The translations under genes were made by a program, and so were the position numbers. The notes beneath the pieces are model-generated. The model was not told where the DNA came from. It worked only from the letters and a program-made list of their open reading frames with translations, and searched no databases. Below are positions 28,102-37,058 of a stretch of DNA of 64,000 nt, one piece after another (position 1 is the first letter of the stretch; every line of letters starts with the position of its first letter). Source of the DNA: Candidatus Latescibacterota bacterium (GTDB lineage: Bacteria; Latescibacterota; UBA2968; GCA-2709665); NCBI GenBank assembly GCA_965219455.1, contig OZ244744.1:4800001-4864000 (forward strand), in the 5' to 3' direction.

Positions 28102-30273
28102 TCTAGAGCCGTCTGGCAGATAGACCGGAATCGGTCTTCGTCGACATCTTGCAAAAGCCTGTCTTCAAAGTCTTCCTCGCCGAGCTTGCCGGCGTAGAAA
28201 TCGCGCAGCACACGCTCAACCCGCGTGGACGGTAAAACTTCGCCTACCACGTTGAATACGGCGTCGTCATCCAGCGCTTCACGGATCTGCTGGAGCTTCT
28301 CCAACAACCGCTGCAGCACCCGGCCTTCGATGGTGTTGGTTGCGACGAAGTTGAAGATCAGGCAGTCGTGACGCTGCCCGTACCGGTGGATGCGGCCCAT
28401 GCGCTGTTCGAGGCGATTCGGATTCCACGGGATATCGTAATTGAACAGGATATGACAGCACTGCAGGTTGATTCCTTCTCCGGCCGCTTCGGTGGCAACG
28501 AGAACTTGAATGGCGCCCTCGCGGAACTGCTGTTCGGTATGGAGCCGGCTTCCAGATTCCTCGCGGGACCCCGATTTCATACCGCCATGGATGCACCCGA
28601 CGCTGAATCCCCAGTCCTTAAGACGTTGCATCAGATAATCGAGGGTGTCCTTGAACTCGGTAAAGATCAGCAGTCTCTGGTCGCGGCGTTCGAAGAACCC
28701 TTCATCCTGCATGATCTTTCGGAGGGTGTTCAACTTCGCTTCATCGTTTGAGCCTTCGACTGCCTCGGCCTCCACCGCAAGCGCCCTGAGTTCCACGATT
28801 TCCTCTCGGATCTGCTCTTCGTTTCCGGCCAGTGTGATTGCTTCCAGGATTCGTTCCAAGCGCTCGCGCTCGGCGTCCTCCATTTCCTCGAGGTCCTCAG
28901 AATCGGGAAGATTTGGTGGCGCAGTTTGCGCCAAATTTTTCGCTTCCTTAAGGCTTCTTTCCAGGCGCCCAGCCCGATTCTCAAGTGACCTCCGTACGGC
29001 ATACGTGCTCGAAGCCAGGCGGCGCTGGTACAGCGCCATTAAGAATCCCACTGCACGGGCACGAGGATCGTCGCCTTGGGCGGCGGCGCGGGTGCACTGC
29101 CGTTTTACAAACCGGGTGATCGTACGGTAGAGTTCGAACTCCGCGCCGTCAATCGCGAAGTCCGCGGTGCGTGGGATGCGTTTCGTGAACACGGGCCTCG
29201 CAGTCCACGTGCCGTTCTCCTGGCGCTCGGGAAAGTAGACCATCGCTTCCTTGGTGCGGCGGAGGTAAAAGGGAGCGCGCCGCTGCTGCATCGCCTCGCG
29301 GATGGAGCGCACGTCCGCGTATGCGTCGCGGTCTAGAAGCTGCAGGAATAGGGTAAAGTTCTGCGGGTCGCCCTTGTGTGGCGTGGCGGTCAGTAACAGT
29401 ACGTGGTCGGCACTATCCCGAAGCAGTTCGCCCAGCCGATAGCGCTGGCTCTTGTGGGCCTCGTCTCGCGCCGACATGCGGTGCGCTTCGTCGACGATTA
29501 CCAGATCCCAGCGAACCTGCGCCAGCCCCGGTAGTATTTCGGTGCGCTTGGCGAGGTCGAGTGAGGTGATGATCTGGTTTTGCTCCAGCCACTGGTTGAC
29601 GCCGAATTGGTCTCGAATGTCGCCGCCCTTGAGCACAAGGAATTTCTCGTCGAATTTCTCCCTTAACTCGCGCTGCCACTGGAATGCGAGGTTTGCCGGA
29701 CACACCACGAGGACTCGTTCAATAAGTCCCCGGAGTTTGAGTTCCCGGATCAGCAATCCTGCCATGATGGTCTTGCCCGCGCCCGCATCATCGGCTAACA
29801 GGAAGCGTACGCTGGGCAGCTTGAGAAGGTGTTCATAGACGGCTTCGAGTTGGTGCGGCAGGGGGTCTACGCGGGAGATGGACAGTCCAAAATAGGGATC
29901 GAACTCGTAGGCGATGCCGAGTGAGTAGGCCTGCAGACCTATACGCAGCAGGCGACCGTCTCCGTCGTAGGAAAGCGCCGAATCAAGAATGGTCAGATTG
30001 GTAATATCATCGGATGTTAACGTAACCCGGCGGAACCGCTCCGTTCGCTGACCGACCAGCCCGGCGATCCAGACGCCAGCACCGTTAGCGCGAACGGTCT
30101 CCACCTGCATCGGTTCATCGAACAACGAGCCCGTAAGGGTCTGTCCTTCACGAATAGGGGTTTCTGAGTTCAAATCAAGACTCCGTCGCGTTTTACAATA
30201 GTCAAAAGCGTACTCTCAGCGGTCTGGTGTGAGCCGCATTTTTGTTTTCTTTTCCATTCCAAGTGTGTACTTG

Positions 30274-30339
30274 ATTACTTCTGGCGCGATTCATCCATTC
30301 GCGAGGGTCGTCGGGCGGAAAACGCTCAGGTTCCTTCAT
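30274..30339 (-). pseudogene. HEPN toxin remnant (copy D)
   Basis: MKEPERFPPDDPREWMNRARSN, then unrelated sequence. Confidence 0.75.
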
Positions 30340-30641
30340 ATACGACCTTGCCTTCCTGCAATGCGCGCTTGATGATCACCGCGTGGCTGTCCTTTATACC
30401 GCTCTACGTCGTCAGGCGTGACGACAACAGCGTCGACGGCTGCGCCGACGCCATCGAGATTCATATATATTTCGCCCATGAGTTCAAGCGCGTCCGCGCC
30501 TTCCTTAATGATTAGCAAGTCTACGTCGCTGTGGCGATTCATTTCGCCCCGGGCGGCGGACCCGAAGAGGATAATCTTCTCCGGCTCGGCCACCTCCACA
30601 ATTCGCTGGATGATGTCGTCCAGGATCGACTGGTCCAGCAT
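30326..30641 (-). pseudogene. MNT antitoxin copy D with a +1 frameshift near the C-terminus
   Basis: Near-identical to copies A/B. TATAAAGGACAGC versus TACAAGGACAGC shifts the last ~20 codons. Confidence 0.8.
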
Positions 30642-30878
30642 CGTTGCGCCTTTCGTCTCACGTTTATTGCCATCTTCTGCCAGCGGCAAACTACCCGGGG
30701 AATGCCCCAATACACCGTTGTGCCCGGCTCACGTGTGCCCGTTAGAATTCCCTTCAATAACAACCGGTCGGGGTCTGTCACCAAATTGAGTTGGGCCACC
30801 GTTGGCGCTAATTCGCCGAGAATCTGTTTGCGGCAGCTACTCATTCCCCGTCATTTCGCGAGATACAAACCAAAAGCA

Positions 30879-32135
30879 TCAATGATCATCCACACGTTTC
30901 ATACTCCTCGAAAAAATGGTCAGCATCAATTCGGAGTCATCGATGAGTCGATAAATAGGCTTCTGGCCGGAAAGTTTCTCACTCTCGTCAAGAATGATTG
31001 GAACACCCTCACCCCGCTTTTCCATGTAGTAGGTACGCCCCACGTCGCCGACCGCTTCCGCCACTGGCGTTTCCGCAAGCAAATTCGTAATCAATTCGTT
31101 TCGGGTTGCCTGACGCAAGGAGATGCTTTCAATCGTCACGGTGTTTGGCAAAGTGCCTGGTGAGTAGATTTCTAACCGATCTTCGAACATAAAGAACCGT
31201 ATTTTTGAGGCGAAAATCGAATAATCACGGTGAGCCACGGCATTGACAATCGCTTCAAAAACCGCTCTTTCGCTGAATTGTTGTGTTTCTACCCGATGCG
31301 GAATTTTCACGGCTGAGACCGTCTGGTTTTTTCTCAGAAAGGTCATTGCATGATCAATCTGTAGATTCAGAGGTCCGTGGATTTTTTGTGCGTCTATCTG
31401 GTAATTTGAGTCCGGCTTTTTTCCTCGATAGCGCACGGCTTCAATATAGGCATTGGGCAAAAAGTGCTCTGGTTCGCGGCAACAGAACAGAATGCCGGAG
31501 ACCGAAGCCCGCACTTCACCGCTTTCTTCTTTCGACAAGAGACCGCGTTTAAGGAGCACTGCCTCATCGGATTCATCGGATCGTTTTGTATAGTTCGTCC
31601 GAAGTTTTTCCGACAAATCGTCGAGACCCGCATTTGGTACCGGCTGTTCCTCGAATCGAATAAGACGGGCTTGGCTTCGCTGCTGGAACAGCCGCGCCAA
31701 GTAATCGGGCGCCATCTCTCTTTTTGGGCTCCCTTGCCCGAATAAATATCCGCTGGGACTCCTGTGAACAAAGAGGCTCCTCGGAATTTCTACGGTGAAT
31801 ATGGGCTGGAGATCCCCCGTGCTATCGGGAAGCTGCATGCGGAAAGAACGAAAATGGACTGGCGGCCTGATGCTCTCATTGCAAATTTCATAGACAAAGC
31901 GTTCGACAGCATCAAGATGGTCTATCGGAATGCCTATGATGTCCCGCGTCTTGTCGTCCACACCCAGGACAAGTACACCTTCGTTAGTATTGGCGATTGC
32001 CGCCAACTCGTCAGCCAACTCATCGCGCCTGGGTCTGGAAACCCACCCGCCTCTGAATCGGACGGCCTTGAGTTCCAGCGAAGTATCTTCTCCAAGGCGT
32101 ATCTTCTGTAGTAGTTCTTCCGGGCTATTAAACAT
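30879..32135 (-). CDS. Schlafen/AlbA_2 domain + RecG-C/HATPase_c_4 domain protein
   Basis: GEDTSLELK…LAAIANTNEGVLVLGVDD, EAIVNAVAHRDY, DRLEIYSPG and RN..I….MEKRGEG motifs. Confidence 0.88.
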   Translation of the reverse strand: MFNSPEELLQKIRLGEDTSLELKAVRFRGGWVSRPRRDELADELAAIANTNEGVLVLGVDDKTRDIIGIPIDHLDAVERFVYEICNESIRPPVHFRSFRMQLPDSTGDLQPIFTVEIPRSLFVHRSPSGYLFGQGSPKREMAPDYLARLFQQRSQARLIRFEEQPVPNAGLDDLSEKLRTNYTKRSDESDEAVLLKRGLLSKEESGEVRASVSGILFCCREPEHFLPNAYIEAVRYRGKKPDSNYQIDAQKIHGPLNLQIDHAMTFLRKNQTVSAVKIPHRVETQQFSERAVFEAIVNAVAHRDYSIFASKIRFFMFEDRLEIYSPGTLPNTVTIESISLRQATRNELITNLLAETPVAEAVGDVGRTYYMEKRGEGVPIILDESEKLSGQKPIYRLIDDSELMLTIFSRSMKRVDDH

Positions 32136-34896
32136 GCCGTCCTTCCAGCGCGATGCGACGATAGCGATCTTCAAAGGCCTTGCGCCCGCCCTCCATCACT
32201 GCACAGATCGTCTCTCGTACTTCTTGCTCCTGAAAACATCCTTCGCACTCTTTCTGAGTATCCCCGTAACTCGCGGCCAGCGCTACGACCAATTCCGCAT
32301 CGCCGTTGACAACGATGTTTGCGTTGTGAGTTACCAAAATTACCTGTCGACGGAGCTTGACTTCTCGCAATTGGGTTACAATCAAGTCATAGATCAGATG
32401 GTTGTCCAAATCGTCCTCTGGCTGGTCCAGAATCAAAGGCTCTTCGCCGTAAGAAAGTAGAAAAGCCAGGAGCGCCGCGGTTTTCTGGCCAGGCGAACCT
32501 TCCTGTATTGATCGGAAATGTTGGCCGTCGCCACTTGCACTGTATTGAACCTCTACGGAATCTTCTGGAAACCACAGGTCCAGCCGATCAATGGATTCAG
32601 GCAAAAGGCTACCGACGTGGTTAGCGAAACGTCGATCTGCGACTGCTCCCGGGTCGTATTGACCAGAGGCGATTTTCCTGATCTGGGTCTTGATGCTTAA
32701 GAGATTCTGTTCAATCACCTCGGCACTGGCGTCGTTAGCATACAGTTCACCAAGCAACCCCCCCCCGTCTGGCGATCCAATGTCTCTCTCAAATGTCCTG
32801 TCCTCTCGATGCAGTAATTGCCGAAATTCGCCTTCCACTAAATCGGATGCACCGTATGGAAGAATTCTTATCCTGACATACTGGTTCCCTCGTAGAACGG
32901 AATTCAAAAATGATCGGCGAGATGCCGTCAACTCACGACGTATCGTCAGCAAACGCTTCAAGCACGTATCTGCCTCACAGTTTAGCTCATCAATCTGGCT
33001 TTTTCGTTCGTCCAGCTCGTTCAACCGCTGCTCAATTGCTTGTCGCCGCTGCACGAACTCACCGTAAGCCGCGGGATCGTCTGCTCCTTCTCGCTCCAGG
33101 TTCTTTTTCAGCTCTTGATAGGCTTGGGAAGCAGTATCGACACTTTCTTGCCAGGCCGACTCATTCTTGTTTTTTTGCCATTTGGTGACAACGTCATCTG
33201 CTCCCGAGGCAAGTTTCTCAACGCTTGCGCGGATTTCACTGAGGCGTTCGCATACTTTTGTGGCAAATCCCCGCAGCTCTTTGTCTGGAGCTGAATGCGA
33301 ATCGAAATAGGATTCGTCCAGATGATCCGGCACGATTTCAGCCGCAACCTTACGCAACCGCTCACCAGTTCCGATCCAGCCTTCTTCCCATGCCTCCACC
33401 TCCCGACACTGTCGGGTGCGTTCTTGATAGGACTTGAGGATTTTGGTGTGTCCCGACTGCTCAAAGATATCCAACTTTCGTTTGACGTCGTCCAACTCTC
33501 CGCGTAGCCGTGGCTCTTCGGAAAGTCCGGTTTCTATCTCCCTTACCTTGGCTCGGAGAGAAAGATAGCGACTTTCTTCCATTTTCCATTTTTCAGACCA
33601 AGCATGGTAATCTACCTCTGGAGCGACATCGATAATTTTAAGCAATGCAAGCGGTGTCTTTGCGAGTTGGAACACCTGTTTCTGGCTGTAAATTCGAACG
33701 GGAAATCGATGCTGAATGTCACCTTCCGCGTTAATCCATTGTCCGTTTACTTCCCTTTGAATTGGTTCAAGGTCCCCGGCCGGATTCCATTGGACGCGAA
33801 ACTGATCTCTATCTTTCCGACATGTTACCTTGATAGAAGTATCGTTTGTCAGTAATCCGCTGTTCTCCTCGTCTGGATAAACTTGGCTATATTGTCCAAA
33901 CTCCGGTTGCAACGCCTCCGGAATTTCATCCTTCCGTCGGAAGGCAATGCGAAGGAACTCAAGGGCGGTTGACTTGCCCGTGCCACGGCCTCAAATAATT
34001 GCGTTAAACCAGGGATTCAACCCGATAGTGAAGGTTTCGTCGTGACCCATGTAGCGAGCGTCTGAAACCTCCATAGAACTTAACGCAAACGCCGCATGTT
34101 CGTTTGGGTCATCGGTACCCTGGTCGGAACGCCGTACCGAAAGGGCACCGTCTAACAGAGCCAACCTCAACCCTTCGATGGCAGGTCGTCCCATCTTGAC
34201 CCATGTGAAGTGGCTGCCTGGAAATCGCTGCTCCGCGTTCCCGGAGGGATGATGTGCGTCCGAGCCGAGGATTTCCGTCCAACGCAGCTTTTTGTCGATA
34301 TATAGTTGTGGTTTCTCAAATTCCAGGTTCACCAACTCCATGGCAAATATATCTTTACGATCCAGCGCCTGCTCTAACGTCGTACCCGACAATTTGAAGA
34401 GTCCGTTGAAATCATCTGTGTGAGCTGGAATCCCGATGCCACCGGCCTTTACAATGGCGTCGACGACTTCGACAAATGACTTAGTTGTGACTGCGTCGCT
34501 TGAACCCTTTTTCTCGGAAGGAAATCCAACTGCACCGATAAGCGAGTCGATGTCCGAAGTTGACTTTTCGCTTGCCAGAATCGCCAACAGATGCACGCCA
34601 ACGCTGACCGATATTTCCACGCCCGGGAAAACGTGAAGTGGTCTGAAACCGTCCGGGTTCTCTGATTCGAGTTCACCGAGTGCAGTCTTGACGCGATCAA
34701 TCCACGCCCCGCTGTTGTGGTCAGTGATTGCAACGCAATCAACACCGGCACGCATGTAGTCGTGCAGCCACTCACGGGGGGATCGTTCGCGAAGAGTCTT
34801 CTGATTTGGGCCCTTCCCATAATCTATGGAGGCCGGGGTATGGGTGTGAAAATCACACTTCCACCAACGGGCGCCGTTCCAGTTCCATTCGTTCAT
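32128..34896 (-). pseudogene. PHP phosphoesterase-coiled-coil ATPase fusion (Ppl/TrlF-like) with an in-frame TGA at 33991-33993
   Basis: DFHTHTPAS, AITDHN, GVE, PAH and GSDAH (PHP). …NAII*GRGTGKS continues in frame into the ATPase with GSPGQK and LILDQPEDDLDN. 922 codons in total. Confidence 0.88.
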
Positions 34897-35488
34897 ATCC
34901 AGTTTCCCATTTGCGTAGTCGCCAAGCTGCGATGCCCTCTTGTAGTCATTGGGAACGACATCTTGAGGAAACAGCCATCGGTGTCGCTACTATTCCATCT
35001 AACCGTTGTCGAAGTTCTTCCCCTCAATCCATACTCTCCATTTTTCAATCGAGATTCAATTTAACCATTTCGCAGGTCCCGTCGTGCTTCTACTGCCAGT
35101 TATCACAAAGGAGTTGCAACCCAAACAACTGCAACCACACGATGCTGCGACAATCGTCAATATAGCTTACGATTCTCGCAGGTTATTGACAAGCGTTTTC
35201 TTGCGCAATGTAGCGATATTTTCTATCAGGTAATTCCTTAGTGTATGGGTTAAGTTTGATTGAAATGTCCAGATCTTGGCAGGGTCTCGGTGCTTGTATT
35301 TCAACCCGGGAAACACTATACTGGACGGCGCGTCTTTTGATTTGACACAACGGCGGTTCGGTCCAAGTCTCGGGTATGGGAAAGATCCCAGGGATGCTGA
35401 ACGCCGGGTCGCGACATCTGTTTTTTCTGTTTCGCAATCTCCCGGTTCACGTTGGGACTGAGAGTGGACGATACTGAGAGTGGCTAAC

Positions 35489-36058
35489 ATGGCAGAAATA
35501 GCCATCTTTGCAATAGTCGTTATGGCAACGGTGATCCTGGCTGTGTTCTTGCTGAAGAAGAAAATGCGCCGGTGCCGGTGGTGTATGCGTTCGACGGTGC
35601 CGGTCGAGCATTTGTCAATGGGCGAAGGGGAACAGGTCCGGCGCCTGATTCAGGAAGAGGGCATGCCGGGTGGGCCGGAGAAATACGAGGTCTGTCCGGA
35701 ATGCAAGCGCATCTACGACTGGCGCTGGCGCAGCGACGAACGGCCTTACCGCCCGGAATGGGAGTTGTACGAACGCCAGTGCGCGTGCGGGTGCGACCTG
35801 TCACGACCCGCATTGATCGTCGATACCGATTCCCTGAAAACCGCATTGCGAGGAATCCGTCCGGAAGTCCTGGAGTTTGTGGAACGGCAGTACGGGCGAG
35901 ATGGGCTGCACGAGCGCCTATATTCGTCGGTGTCCGATGAACATCTCCTGTTCGTGTGCAGAAACTGTTTTCGGATCTATATGTGGTTGCCCGTGAAGGG
36001 CTTTCAGGTATTCCAGGTTGTGTCAGGCGGGATGGACAAATACGATCGACCCTCCTGA
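35489..36058 (+). CDS. Membrane-anchored Cys-rich (double zinc-ribbon-like) hypothetical protein, paralogue 1
   Basis: N-terminal TM helix, CRWC, CPEC, CACG and CRNC motifs, C-terminal GFQVFQ…DKYDR. Confidence 0.75.
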   Translation: MAEIAIFAIVVMATVILAVFLLKKKMRRCRWCMRSTVPVEHLSMGEGEQVRRLIQEEGMPGGPEKYEVCPECKRIYDWRWRSDERPYRPEWELYERQCACGCDLSRPALIVDTDSLKTALRGIRPEVLEFVERQYGRDGLHERLYSSVSDEHLLFVCRNCFRIYMWLPVKGFQVFQVVSGGMDKYDRPS

Positions 36059-36139
36059 TATCCTGCCCCGTATTTTATACAAGAGTTGTCCGGAGATTGT
36101 GTTGCCACGCGGCCGCAGGACAGGCGAGGAGAAATAAAG

Positions 36140-36733
36140 ATGGGAACCGGGCACCTGATTTTCTCAGTAATTCTTATCGCCGGGTTTATCGTGCTGATGC
36201 TCTATCTACGGAAGGGCTCACGCCGATGCCGGTGGTGCCGGACACCCACGGTAAAGCTCGACGCATTGCCGGAACAGGCGCGCAATCGGATTGAAGCCCT
36301 GGTCCGGCAGGAAGGTATGGATCCTGCGGATTCGTATGAATTCTGCGTGACTTGCAGGCGCATCTTTGACCAGTGGTGGTTCCACAAGGATTGGGATATG
36401 CGCGACCGATGGTGCGCGTGTGGATCCGGGCTGAAATCACCCTGGGACGTGGATACCAACCGTCTGCGTCAGGCCGCGGCCGATCTTCCCCGAGAGATTA
36501 TTGGGTTGCTTCTTGATCGAAGTTCCCGGGATGATATCGCACGCCTTCTGGGCGGTTACGACGATATCATGCACCGCGAAGAGAAGCGTCCGGGCGGCCA
36601 CGTCCTGAGGGTTTGCGACATCTGCCACAGGTTATATATGTGGGTTGAAATGAACGGTTATCAGGTCTTTCAATGCGTGTCGGTCGGTCGCGACAAATAC
36701 GACAGGGAACTGAAGCCTTCGTACGACTCGTGA
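36140..36733 (+). CDS. Membrane-anchored Cys-rich hypothetical protein, paralogue 2
   Basis: GAGGAG SD, TM helix, CRWC, CVTC, CACG and CDIC motifs, GYQVFQ…DKYDR. Confidence 0.75.
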   Translation: MGTGHLIFSVILIAGFIVLMLYLRKGSRRCRWCRTPTVKLDALPEQARNRIEALVRQEGMDPADSYEFCVTCRRIFDQWWFHKDWDMRDRWCACGSGLKSPWDVDTNRLRQAAADLPREIIGLLLDRSSRDDIARLLGGYDDIMHREEKRPGGHVLRVCDICHRLYMWVEMNGYQVFQCVSVGRDKYDRELKPSYDS

Positions 36734-37058
36734 AGTGATGGATCGACGCCCGAACTCGCAGGTGCCACGGATTCCCGGCAACTTTCTGCTTAAATCAATA
36801 GGGTGAATTATCCATAGGAATGGGTGCAACAATTGAACAGGTGGTGCTTTTCAATGCTTTTCGCGTCGAAGAAGACACCAATCTGCTATGTTGTCGGATC
36901 GTGTAAGTCGGAACGGTGTCGTACAGCCTTCGGGTAACGGGTTCACCACCATCGCCCGAAAAACTGTACGTTTTTTCGTTCATTGGGTCTTTATCCTGCT
37001 CATCCTGTCCATCCATGTAAGTTCATGTTTATGAATTATTCAGGCTAGAGGGACCACA

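Larger units (their letters stand above)
24829..30173 (-). pseudogene. SNF2-family helicase with C-terminal DUF3883 nuclease, split by an IS1380-family element
   Basis: LLADDAGAGKT, DEAH, TATPH, EGINLQ and QRMGRIHRYGQ motifs, plus C-terminal GYDV…IEVKG…LTPNE. Excising the IS restores ICQTALEGLASRKLNLDML in frame (1150 aa). Confidence 0.93.

Noticed and set aside
33991-33993. TGA recoded as Gly (genetic code 25) or selenocysteine
   Set aside because: TGA is the normal stop of many neighbouring genes, and the position is a P-loop Gly rather than a catalytic Cys.
5400-35200. Island as a prophage, ICE or integron
   Set aside because: No integrase, relaxase, phage structural gene, tRNA target, flanking att repeat or attC-like array was recognisable.
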